DNA of 64,000 nucleotides. It comes from an uncultured Pseudomonadota bacterium. Lineage in GTDB: Bacteria > Pseudomonadota > Alphaproteobacteria > Rs-D84. Both the position numbers and the translations under genes were made by a program. The notes below the pieces were generated by a model. It made no database searches and was not told the DNA's origin. It saw only the letters and a program-made list of their open reading frames with translations. Of the stretch, positions 21,095 through 30,197 are shown one piece after another. Within the stretch, counting starts at the first letter, position 1. The number at the start of each line of letters is the position of its first letter. The stretch lies in NCBI GenBank assembly GCA_902788485.1, contig CADAKI010000001.1, positions 183,007-247,006 on the forward strand, in the 5' to 3' direction.

Positions 21095-21511
21095 TTATTT
21101 AACAGTTGTTGTTGTATTACGATTCCATTTCCATACGGATTCGCCGGTTCCTTTGACCAAAGGACGTTCTTTACCATAAGAAATTGTAGAAATACGTTTT
21201 GCATCGATACCGTCATTTACCAACACGGATTTTGCCGCGTTTGCACGACGTGCACCCAATGCCAAGTTGTATTCTGTGGAACCACGTTCGTCGCAGTTAC
21301 CCGCAATTTGGATTTTTACATCTTCGTGATTTTTCATATACAAAGATTGACCCAACAAATTATCGCGGGCTTCGTCAGAAATTTCCGAAGAATTAAATGC
21401 GAAGAACGCACGTTGATTATTCAAGTCAGCTGGTTCAACGATATCAGAAGCGCAACATGCGGCCAACATACCGGCAGCCCCCGCCAACAAAACAAAGTTT
21501 TTTACTTTCAT
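21095..21511 (-). CDS. pal: Peptidoglycan-associated lipoprotein Pal
   Basis: Lipobox LAAC, GNCDERGSTEYNLALGARRA and ISYGKERP motifs. Confidence 0.93.
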   Translation of the reverse strand: MKVKNFVLLAGAAGMLAACCASDIVEPADLNNQRAFFAFNSSEISDEARDNLLGQSLYMKNHEDVKIQIAGNCDERGSTEYNLALGARRANAAKSVLVNDGIDAKRISTISYGKERPLVKGTGESVWKWNRNTTTTVK

Positions 21512-21593
21512 GAAAATACTCCCTTGAGTTTTTGTTACTCGTGGTCTATTTTATACTAAAACAAGTCCAAAAGCAAGGGGAAACATAAAAAAA

Positions 21594-22370
21594 ATGAACG
21601 ACTATTGTGTCCAAGATTTAATTTTGGCGGGTGTTAAATGGGAAATTGCGGATGTTCCATGTGCCCTGCGTGCCAAATGGAACGCGGCATCCGCGCCAAT
21701 CGCCACGCAACCACAATCGGATACAAATTCGTCACATGCGTCCACGCGTGCGGCGGTTGTCCCGCCGATTGCGCCATCGTGCACCGTGACCCAGGATGCC
21801 GCAGATTCTATGGCGCGCCGCCCGGTGGATGTTGACGGCCTGGTGCGTATGATTGCGGAATTAAATCATCCATTACGTGCGGTGGCCACAGGGACAGTTT
21901 TCCCAAATATTGCAAAAAATCCGAACGGGTTGGTAATTGTGACCGATGTTCCGGGCGCCGAAGATGACGCGACGGGTAAAATTTTATCGGGGCCGTCTGG
22001 TGAATTAATGGATAAAATGTTGGCGGCAATCGGTATGTCGCGCGACAATGTATCGATTATTCCGATTGTGTTTTGGCGAACCCCGGGCGGTCGCACACCA
22101 ACAAACGAAGAATTGTCTTTGGCGCGTCCGTTTGTTATGCGTTTGATTGAATTTTTATCACCGCGTGCCATATTGACATTGGGTGCAACCCCGGCATCAG
22201 AAATGGCGGGTATCAAATTATCGACGGCACATGGTCGGTTATGTAATACATCGGATGGTGTTCCCGTGATGCCGATTTATCATCCAAATTACTTGCTGTT
22301 AAAACCATCGGCGAAACGCGATGTTTGGACGGCGTTGCAAGAATTGCAAAATTTGTTGAAAAACCAATAA
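21594..22370 (+). CDS. Uracil-DNA glycosylase family 4-like protein (divergent active site)
   Basis: SGELMDKMLAAIG, WRTPGGRTPT and YHPNYLL...KRDVW match the alphaproteobacterial UDG-F4 frame. Confidence 0.82.
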   Translation: MNDYCVQDLILAGVKWEIADVPCALRAKWNAASAPIATQPQSDTNSSHASTRAAVVPPIAPSCTVTQDAADSMARRPVDVDGLVRMIAELNHPLRAVATGTVFPNIAKNPNGLVIVTDVPGAEDDATGKILSGPSGELMDKMLAAIGMSRDNVSIIPIVFWRTPGGRTPTNEELSLARPFVMRLIEFLSPRAILTLGATPASEMAGIKLSTAHGRLCNTSDGVPVMPIYHPNYLLLKPSAKRDVWTALQELQNLLKNQ

Positions 22371-22425
22371 TTTTATTGAATAATTTGGCTCAGGTAATAC
22401 AAAGGAGCCCAAAATTAAACCAAAT

Positions 22426-22971
22426 ATGAATAACCGTGATACACGGCGCGATAACGGTCCGCGCATAAATAATCGTATTTTTGCAAAATCTGTCCAGGTA
22501 ATAACCGCGGATGGTCAAAACATGGGTGTTATGCCGACATCGGCTGCACTGGAATTGGCGGAAAACGCGGGATTGGACTTGGTTGAAATCAATGCCAATG
22601 CCGACACACCAATCGTAAAAATCATGGATTACGGCAAATACAAATATGAACAGAAAAAACGCGCGTCCGAGGCGAAAAAAAATCAAAAAACGATTGAAAT
22701 GCGTGATGTGTGGGTCAAACCATTTATCGAAGAAAACGATCTGCAAATCAAAATGAAAAAGGTTTTTGAATTTTTGGGTAACGGGGACAAGGTTAAAATT
22801 TCTGTCATGACCAAGGGACGCAAACGCGTCCTGGCCCAGGGTCGCGACGCGGTTCCTGAATTATTTGCACACATTTTGGAAATAATCGGCGACGCCGGCA
22901 CATTGGAATCAAAATCCAAACCGGACGAACGAACAAAATCAATCATCGTTGCACCGGTCAAATCGAAATAA
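22426..22971 (+). CDS. infC: Translation initiation factor IF-3
   Basis: RINNRI, GLDLVEI and KIMDYGKYKYE motifs. Confidence 0.96.
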   Translation: MNNRDTRRDNGPRINNRIFAKSVQVITADGQNMGVMPTSAALELAENAGLDLVEINANADTPIVKIMDYGKYKYEQKKRASEAKKNQKTIEMRDVWVKPFIEENDLQIKMKKVFEFLGNGDKVKISVMTKGRKRVLAQGRDAVPELFAHILEIIGDAGTLESKSKPDERTKSIIVAPVKSK

Positions 22972-23039
22972 AGAAAACGCCCAAACGGGCGTTTTTTTAG
23001 ACGGATAGACGAATTGATATAGATTACGGGAAATCTATA

Positions 23040-24377
23040 TCAATCAAATGGATTTTCCGCCTTTTCGTATTCAATAACAATCGGTAAGTGTTCCCAGTGT
23101 AATGCGGTCGCAATTCCGCGCCGCAAATAACGGGTATAAGATTCCGGTATATCGGATGCGCCACCGACATTTATGCGCACGCGCATCGGGTATTTACCAA
23201 CCTGGCGTGCAAATTTTATTTTCATCGCGCGTTTTAATCGCGACATTGGTGGTTGGCGTGCCTCTACCAATTTTTCAACAATCCGATTTAATAAACTGGT
23301 TGGGACCGGGGCCGCCGCAATGTCGTATTGTTCGTAAATTCGTTTGAACATGTTTTGAACACCCGTGCCGCGTTCCGCAGACATAGCCAAAATCATCGGT
23401 TTTATAATTTGATGAAAAGAATTTGAAAACTGATGTTTTAATTTCAATAATTTTTCATCCCGAATCTCTGGTTCAATCAAATCCCATTTATTCAATGCAA
23501 CACACAAAATTTTTCCCGCATCATACACGCGCGCCGCGATACCCAACGCCTGGTTTTCAATGTTTTTTGTTGCATCAACAACCAATATCACAACATCCGA
23601 TTTTTCAATCGCATCCAACGCCTTTAATGCAGACAATGTTTCAACATCATCGGTCACGCCCGCCTTGCGCCGCAAACCGGCGGTATCCATCAACACAATA
23701 TCGCGACCATAAAAATGCGTTGGTATTTTAACCGTATCGCGCGTAATGCCGGGCGCATCCATTACAATTTGCCGCCGTTCCCCCAACACGCGATTTACAA
23801 ATGTAGATTTTCCAACATTTGGTTGACCCAAAACCGCAATTTTAATGCGTGGGTCAGATTCGGTTTCATTGGGTTCGATATTGATATTTTTGTCCGCGGC
23901 AATTTTATCCAAGAATTCATAAATATCATCAATTCCGCGTTTGTGTTCTGCGGAAATCATGTGTGGCGCGCCACATCCCAATTTATAAAATTCGTTCACA
24001 TCGCCCAATCTTTTTGCAGATTCAGATTTGTTCACCAACAACAATATTGGCGATTTGGTTTTACGATGAATTAATTTTGCCCAACTAATATCCGCGGCGG
24101 TCAAACCAACGCGTCCATCAACCACGAACAAAATCGCGTCCGCCGTTGCGATTGCGTTCAACGCCATGTTTGTCGAATCCAACGCAATTCCGTTGTTTGC
24201 ATTTTCCAACCCGGCGGTATCGAATAATTCATATGGGCGGTCATAAAAACGTCCGCCAACAACATCACGCGTGACACCGGGACGGTCATGCACAATTGCA
24301 TCGCGCGACCCCGTCAGTGCGTTAAACAATGTTGATTTGCCCGTGTTTGGGCGACCTGCGATTATAACTTTCATCAT
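23040..24377 (-). CDS. der: Ribosome biogenesis GTPase Der
   Basis: Two tandem GTPase domains (GRPNTGKS and GQPNVGKS, each with DTAGL). Confidence 0.97.
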   Translation of the reverse strand: MMKVIIAGRPNTGKSTLFNALTGSRDAIVHDRPGVTRDVVGGRFYDRPYELFDTAGLENANNGIALDSTNMALNAIATADAILFVVDGRVGLTAADISWAKLIHRKTKSPILLLVNKSESAKRLGDVNEFYKLGCGAPHMISAEHKRGIDDIYEFLDKIAADKNINIEPNETESDPRIKIAVLGQPNVGKSTFVNRVLGERRQIVMDAPGITRDTVKIPTHFYGRDIVLMDTAGLRRKAGVTDDVETLSALKALDAIEKSDVVILVVDATKNIENQALGIAARVYDAGKILCVALNKWDLIEPEIRDEKLLKLKHQFSNSFHQIIKPMILAMSAERGTGVQNMFKRIYEQYDIAAAPVPTSLLNRIVEKLVEARQPPMSRLKRAMKIKFARQVGKYPMRVRINVGGASDIPESYTRYLRRGIATALHWEHLPIVIEYEKAENPFD

Positions 24378-24446
24378 TTTTTTTCCGTTGATTTTTTATA
24401 ATTATAAAGCAAAAATATAAATAAGCAAATCCCAGGGGAGGTAAAT

Positions 24447-25043
24447 ATGCATTATAAAACAAAAAAGTTTTTCACAAATATTCGTGACGCGGTATTAAAC
24501 CCCAAAAGTTTTTTCAAAAAAATCGTGGCTGATGGTGACTTGGAAGAATCCATGTTGCGTGCGTTTATTTATGGTTTGATTGGTGGTGTGTTGGTATTGG
24601 CGTTTCGTTTAATTGGCGGCGCAACAATTACCATTGGTTCTGTATTTACCGCATTGATAATTGTGCCGGTATTGGCGGTGGCGTTGCTGTTTGTGATGGG
24701 TGGATTGTTGATGTTGATATCTGAAATCACGGGCGGTGAACGCGATTGGGAAATTGCGATTAAGGGTTTGGCATCTGTATTTTTTATGTATCCGGTGATA
24801 TTATTGTTGAATTCGTGCGCGTTTAATTGTTGGTCAATGTGGGTGATTAGTATATTTGTTGATGCGTGGGTGTTGTATATGCTGTATTGCATATCGGTTT
24901 ATTGCATGCATGGAAATCGGACAAATGTTGTGATTATAATTGGAATTTTGGCGATATTTATCATGACTGTTTACATCAGTGATTATCGGTTGGGTTGGTT
25001 TATGTTGAAAAATGCCGGCGCAACACTTGCATGCTTGCTGTAA
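24447..25043 (+). CDS. YIP1-family membrane protein
   Basis: LNPKSFFKKI motif followed by about five TM helices. Confidence 0.65.
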   Translation: MHYKTKKFFTNIRDAVLNPKSFFKKIVADGDLEESMLRAFIYGLIGGVLVLAFRLIGGATITIGSVFTALIIVPVLAVALLFVMGGLLMLISEITGGERDWEIAIKGLASVFFMYPVILLLNSCAFNCWSMWVISIFVDAWVLYMLYCISVYCMHGNRTNVVIIIGILAIFIMTVYISDYRLGWFMLKNAGATLACLL

Positions 25044-25069
25044 AAAAACACCGCCCAGATGGGCGGTTT

Positions 25070-25288
25070 TTATTTATGTGTTTTGACGGCGGTCAATGCC
25101 AAACCACGATGCAGCAACGCACACAATAAATCCGGCGGAATCGGCAATCGCCCAATTTCATACAAGTACAAATCGTGCGACGATATTTTCAAAATTTCCG
25201 CCACGGTTGCTTTATTCATATGCAATGATTTGCGTGCCCGACGCAACTGTTGCCCATATGCACGCGCATCAATTAAAACAATAGACAT
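25070..25288 (-). CDS. XRE-family helix-turn-helix protein, 72 aa (copy 1, intact)
   Basis: GQQLRRARKSLHMNKATVAEILKIS...YEIGRLPIP is an HTH_XRE pattern; GGAGG Shine-Dalgarno upstream; paralog at 44933. Confidence 0.85.
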   Translation of the reverse strand: MSIVLIDARAYGQQLRRARKSLHMNKATVAEILKISSHDLYLYEIGRLPIPPDLLCALLHRGLALTAVKTHK

Positions 25289-25315
25289 ATTCTCTCCTCC
25301 ATTTTTTTTGCAACA

Positions 25316-25470
25316 AAAATACCGCGAGAAAAGCGCGGTTGGAGGCAAGAAAACTACAAAGATATAAAGTAGTGTCGCTTATTCAATATATTCGCAACCC
25401 TCCAACCACATGGTGGCGGAGTTATATCTTTAAGGGTTTTCTTGACCCACACTGGCAACACACCAATGCA
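25316..25470 (-). ncRNA. C4/CI-like antisense RNA leader (copy 1)
   Basis: Conserved with 44671-44826. Core stem GTGGTTGGAGG/CCTCCAACCGC (25409-25335) encloses two hairpins and a bulge. The loop and bulge are complementary to upstream sites. It ends in an ACCGCG/CGCGGT terminator-like hairpin. Confidence 0.7.
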
Positions 25471-25475
25471 CAGCG

Positions 25476-25504
25476 ATTTTATTAAAAAAACATCCAGAAT
25501 TCAA
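25476..25504 (-). promoter_or_regulatory. sigma70 promoter of RNA/HTH module copy 1
   Basis: TTGAAT-17-TAAAAT, 5 nt before the conserved TGCATTGG; same spacing as copy 2. Confidence 0.7.
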
Positions 25505-25511
25505 TAAAAAT

Positions 25512-25636
25512 TTGCAAATGGGGATTTTTGCATTTATAATAATCCCATCGCGGAGGGTAATTATTCATTTTTGCACTTTTTACCAATTCCACAAAAGCAT
25601 ACCGCCAGAGTGTAAAAACGAATGATTTTTCTCCGC
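25512..25636 (+). promoter_or_regulatory. pnp promoter and long 5'-UTR hairpin
   Basis: TTGCAA-17-TATAAT, then GCGGAG..ATTATTCATTTTTGCACTTT pairing with AGAGTGTAAAAACGAATGATT..CTCCGC. Confidence 0.6.
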
Positions 25637-25670
25637 AAAATCTAAAAAAAACTAAAAAATGGAGAAAAAT

Positions 25671-27866
25671 ATGTTATTTGGTTTATTTGATAAAAATGAC
25701 AAAGAAAATGTGGCGGCACATCCGTTAAATCACCCGGTGGCTGTTGAAATTAAATATGGTGATGAAACATTGCGCCTGGAAACGGGTCGTATGGCGAAAC
25801 AGGCCAACGGTGCGGTTTTGGCAACAATGGGTGGAACAATGGTTTTGGCAACTGTATGCGCGGAAAAAACCGCGGTCGAAGGCCAAGATTTCTTTCCACT
25901 GACCGTTGATTATCAAGAAAAATTCGCATCCAGTGGTCGTATCCCGGGTTCGCGTGACCGTCGCGAGGGCAAACCATCAACCGCCGAAACATTGACGGCG
26001 CGTTTGATTGACCGCCCAATTCGTCCACTGTTCCCGGATACATTTAAAAACAAGGTGCAAATTATTGCCCAGGTTTTTTCATATGACCGTAAAAACCAAC
26101 CTGATATTTTGGCGATGATTGCGTCATCTGCGGCATTGGCATTGTCGGGTGTTCCGTTTGCGGGCCCCATTGGTGCCGCGCGCGTTGGATATATCGACGG
26201 TAAATATGTTTTGAATCCATCGCGTCGTGATGTTGATATGCGTTCTGAAATGGATTTGGTTGTGGCCGCCACACATGATGGTGTGTTGATGGTTGAATCT
26301 GAAATCGGCGAATTGGACGAAGAAACAACATTGGGTGCGGTTAAATTTGGTTTTGATGCACAACAATCTGTTATTGATGCAATCAACGAATTGGCGGCCC
26401 AGGCGGGTAAAGAACGTTGGGAAACACCAACACACACCGATGAATACATCGCAATGGAAAAAGATTTCGCCAGTTTTGAAAAACAAATCAGTGACGCTTT
26501 GTTGATTAAAGAAAAACTGAAACGGTTGGAAACATTGGCGGAAATCCACAGTGCGGCGAAATCACGCATTCCGGAATTGTTCAATGACACAACAACCGCA
26601 ACATCAACATTGGAATCATGGGCGGACGAAATTATTGAATCTTTGACGGCGCGTATTATGCGTGGCAACATTTTGGCGGGCAAACCGCGTATCGATGGCC
26701 GCGACACAAAAACCGTGCGTCCGATTGAAATCGAATTGGGTGTATTGCCACGCGCACACGGGTCTGCGTTATTCACACGTGGCGAAACCCAGGCATTGGT
26801 GTCATTGACATTGGGTGGCGGCAAAGACGCATTACCGGTTGAATCGTTGGATGGTGCCGATGAACGCGATTTTATTTTGAATTATAATTTCCCGGGATAT
26901 TCCGTGGGCGAGGCCAAGGGTCTGAAATCCCCGGGTCGTCGCGAATTGGGACATGGTAATTTGGCATGGCGTGCATTGCATCCAATGATGCCATCTCGCG
27001 AAAAGTTCGATTATGTTGTGCGTGTATGTTCTGACATTTTGGAATCAAATGGTTCGTCATCTATGGCGACAACATGCGGTGCAACATTGGCAATGATGGA
27101 CGGCGGTGTGCCATTAACACGTCCGGTTGCCGGTATCGCCATGGGCTTAATCAAAGAAGGTGACGATTACGCCATTTTGACCGATATTTTGGGTGACGAA
27201 GACCACTTGGGCGATATGGATTTCAAGGTCACCGGAACCAAGGATGGTATTACCGCATTGCAAATGGATATCAAAATTACATCTATTACTTTTGATATTA
27301 TGAAACATGCATTGGCCCAGGCACGCGACGGTCGTATGCACATTTTGGGTAAAATCGAAAATGCGATTGCGGCACCGCGTGAAAAAGTGTCTGAATTCGC
27401 ACCCCAGGTTTACACAATGCAAATCAATCCTGAAAAAATCCGCGATGTTATCGGCAAAGGTGGTGTCGTTATCCAGGCATTGGTGCGTGATACAAACACA
27501 ACCATTGATTTGGACGATGATGGAACGGTCAAAATATTGGCCACAACATCCGAAGATGCCGACGCCGCAATGGCTCGCATCAAGGAAATTGTTGCCGAAC
27601 CAGAGGTTGGCAAGATTTATCGTGGTGTCGTCAGTGGTATTAAAAACTTTGGTATTTTTGTGAAATTCATGGGTAATTATGAATCCATGGTGCATATTTC
27701 CGACATTACCGGAAAACATCTGAAGAGTATCGAAGATGCCAAATTGAAAGAAGGCGATAGCGTCTGGGTCCGGTTTGATGGCGCGGACGAACGCGGCAAA
27801 ACTCACCTGAGTATGAAGGGCATTGACCAAGAAACAGGTGAAGAAATCAAAAAGCCGGCAAAATAA
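25671..27866 (+). CDS. pnp: Polyribonucleotide nucleotidyltransferase
   Basis: FFPLTVDY, RLIDRPIRPLF, ESNGSSSMA and DHLGDMDFKV motifs, plus KH and S1 domains. An alternative start is at 25659. Confidence 0.98.
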   Translation: MLFGLFDKNDKENVAAHPLNHPVAVEIKYGDETLRLETGRMAKQANGAVLATMGGTMVLATVCAEKTAVEGQDFFPLTVDYQEKFASSGRIPGSRDRREGKPSTAETLTARLIDRPIRPLFPDTFKNKVQIIAQVFSYDRKNQPDILAMIASSAALALSGVPFAGPIGAARVGYIDGKYVLNPSRRDVDMRSEMDLVVAATHDGVLMVESEIGELDEETTLGAVKFGFDAQQSVIDAINELAAQAGKERWETPTHTDEYIAMEKDFASFEKQISDALLIKEKLKRLETLAEIHSAAKSRIPELFNDTTTATSTLESWADEIIESLTARIMRGNILAGKPRIDGRDTKTVRPIEIELGVLPRAHGSALFTRGETQALVSLTLGGGKDALPVESLDGADERDFILNYNFPGYSVGEAKGLKSPGRRELGHGNLAWRALHPMMPSREKFDYVVRVCSDILESNGSSSMATTCGATLAMMDGGVPLTRPVAGIAMGLIKEGDDYAILTDILGDEDHLGDMDFKVTGTKDGITALQMDIKITSITFDIMKHALAQARDGRMHILGKIENAIAAPREKVSEFAPQVYTMQINPEKIRDVIGKGGVVIQALVRDTNTTIDLDDDGTVKILATTSEDADAAMARIKEIVAEPEVGKIYRGVVSGIKNFGIFVKFMGNYESMVHISDITGKHLKSIEDAKLKEGDSVWVRFDGADERGKTHLSMKGIDQETGEEIKKPAK

Positions 27867-27949
27867 AGAAAACCCAAGCCCACCCCGGTGGGCTTGTTTT
27901 TTGGAGTTTTATATGAAAAAACATATATAAAAAAACAAAGGACAAAATA

Positions 27950-28249
27950 ATGGATTTAGATGCAATGATGGCCCAGGCACGCGAACTGCAATCCCGCGTC
28001 GCCGCCGCCCAGGATAATTTGGGCAAAATAAATGTCAAAGGTATCGCCGGAAATGGTGCGGTTATTGTCGATATGACGGCGAAATATGATGTGGTGGATG
28101 TTATTATATCGGATGCGGCGATGAAAAATGGGGCTGAAAACCTGTCAAAAATCGTCCGTGACGCGTTTATTGATGCCAAGGCCAAGGCAGATGCCATAAT
28201 TGATAAAACGATGTCTGATGCGACAAATGGCGTCGATTTGCCGTTTTAA
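27950..28249 (+). CDS. ybaB: YbaB/EbfC nucleoid-associated protein
   Basis: MMAQARELQ, G.AGNGAV.V and DAF.DA..KA patterns. Confidence 0.85.
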   Translation: MDLDAMMAQARELQSRVAAAQDNLGKINVKGIAGNGAVIVDMTAKYDVVDVIISDAAMKNGAENLSKIVRDAFIDAKAKADAIIDKTMSDATNGVDLPF

Positions 28250-28307
28250 AAAAACACCGCCCATTTGGGCGGTTTTATAATCGCGACAAAGCGTCAGCGA
28301 AAATTTA

Positions 28308-28913
28308 TTACCATGTTGGTGCGTGTGTACCTTCTTTGACAATCGGCTGTTCGTCTTCCCATACAGATAAACCTGTTTTTAAATCGGTCAATGTCAGTTG
28401 CAGGTAATATTCTACGCGTGTATCAACCGATGAAAACCATCCGGATTCCAATTTCAAATTGCGTTGCAACATTTTTCCCGACAGCGACATGTTTGGCGCA
28501 ATCAATGTACCTTTTGATGCAAATGTTGCCGCATCGTATTCGTCGTTGCCACGCAAATTGCGCATTTTGTTTGATGTGGTGTCTTCGCCGGTAAAGTTTG
28601 TTGCAATTTGTGCACGCCCCGATTTCAAAATTGTTGTGCGGATTTTTTTGATTAAGATATCCGTGTCAAACCGTTGCATGGTGTCGTTTTTAATGTTTGC
28701 CACCGCAATCACAGGTTTTTTTACCCCGGTCAACGCATTACTTTTCAACATAGAATCGGTCATATTTGCCGCGGTTTTTTCCCAATCGCGATATTCTAAT
28801 TCCATAACATCTTGCATGGTTGCAACATCGCGGGCATCGTCCAAATCAACAACGCGTGTCCCACCGCACCCGGCCAATACCGCACACAGTGCAATCGGTA
28901 ATAATTTTTTCAT
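28308..28913 (-). CDS. LpoB/YcfM-like lipoprotein
   Basis: Lipobox LAGC; KPVIAV..IKNDT..FDT and YYLQLTLTDLKTGLSVWEDE..I.K patterns. Confidence 0.8.
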   Translation of the reverse strand: MKKLLPIALCAVLAGCGGTRVVDLDDARDVATMQDVMELEYRDWEKTAANMTDSMLKSNALTGVKKPVIAVANIKNDTMQRFDTDILIKKIRTTILKSGRAQIATNFTGEDTTSNKMRNLRGNDEYDAATFASKGTLIAPNMSLSGKMLQRNLKLESGWFSSVDTRVEYYLQLTLTDLKTGLSVWEDEQPIVKEGTHAPTW

Positions 28914-28934
28914 GTTTTCTCCTTTTTTTGTTTG

Positions 28935-30191
28935 TTAAATTTTGAATATATGTACGACCGGGTCGCCGCCAGTCAATCGCACATATATTAAATAATTCCC
29001 AGATTTCGGTAATTCTGTATTTAACATATCACCAAAACTACCGGTAATCAAGTCGCCTGTATTCATGCGTAAAACACTGATGGTTTCGGGTAATGTTGCC
29101 CATGAACGAACCTCGGCATCGGTTGTGGCGATTGAAAATATTGTTGATGTCAACCCGATTAAACCGGAATATTTGCTGTTTGAATTATACGCGGCGGCCT
29201 GGGCCACTGTGCGGGCAGACGCCGCCCCCCACGCGCGCAATGCATCATTTATATTGTATTCGTTAAATTCGGTCATAAACATTGCATTCACATCCGCCAA
29301 CGGTTTTGCACCATTGATTGAAATATTACTGCGCCCAAATTCCGGTACCGCAATCGCGATTGATGACCAAATAATCCCGCCACCCGTTATCACCGGCAAA
29401 GAAATTGTTTGTTCACGCAACCGTGGTGCAAACCCGGATTCAATAAATATCCATGTTGTGTTTTTGGGACGCGTGTTTGATTGTGCCAAATTTAAATCTG
29501 TGGCGATATATGAATTATTATTTGTCATGCCAACGGCGCGTTTCAAATAAGTTTCGGCGTCATTAAAATCACCCGCGTTCAAAAACCAAATGCCCGACAA
29601 ATACATCAACGCCGGATTCATAATATCGCTATATGCGCCCCATGTTGATTTCGCCCGGTCCAATTCAGACATCAATTCAGAATTATTTTCATCCGCACTG
29701 TGCGACGAATTCTTTTGCACTAAATCGGCATATTCGCGTGACATTTTTTGTTGCCGCGCATAAGATTGATTGATAATCACCCGCACATCATCGCGCCGGT
29801 TTTCACCGATTGCATCCCAAATTTGATAATACGACACAAACAAAGAATCCATCATATATGGCCGATATTCTGATGCCATACGACCGGCAACGATATTTGT
29901 TGCCTCACGCATAAAACTGCCTGATGTGGTGTCGATATTTCGTTTGTTAAATTCTTCAAATGTTTTATCACTGGACGCATAATTACCATCCAAAAATTGC
30001 GCATATCCTGTTATCAATAATTCCAAACTATTTTGTTCGGTGATATCATGCGACGATGAAAATTGTATTGCTGATTCTGTGAAATTATTATTTGCCACGG
30101 CCGACCGCACATTATCCAACCGTGTGGTCATAACACCCGCACATCCAGACAGCGTAAACACAAACAAAAAAACAAATGCAAATTTTTTCAT
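28935..30191 (-). CDS. COG3014-like lipoprotein
   Basis: Lipobox LSGC; YLSGI, IESGFAP and ADxRSWxTLP-like (AEVRSWATLP) motifs; this family is usually adjacent to lpoB-like genes. Confidence 0.7.
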   Translation of the reverse strand: MKKFAFVFLFVFTLSGCAGVMTTRLDNVRSAVANNNFTESAIQFSSSHDITEQNSLELLITGYAQFLDGNYASSDKTFEEFNKRNIDTTSGSFMREATNIVAGRMASEYRPYMMDSLFVSYYQIWDAIGENRRDDVRVIINQSYARQQKMSREYADLVQKNSSHSADENNSELMSELDRAKSTWGAYSDIMNPALMYLSGIWFLNAGDFNDAETYLKRAVGMTNNNSYIATDLNLAQSNTRPKNTTWIFIESGFAPRLREQTISLPVITGGGIIWSSIAIAVPEFGRSNISINGAKPLADVNAMFMTEFNEYNINDALRAWGAASARTVAQAAAYNSNSKYSGLIGLTSTIFSIATTDAEVRSWATLPETISVLRMNTGDLITGSFGDMLNTELPKSGNYLIYVRLTGGDPVVHIFKI

Positions 30192-30197
30192 TAAAAT

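Noticed and set aside
25316-25470. Known metabolite riboswitch, 6S RNA or retron ncRNA
   Set aside because: No recognisable aptamer consensus and no reverse transcriptase nearby; the loop/target covariation fits an antisense switch better. An Rfam search is still needed to exclude these.
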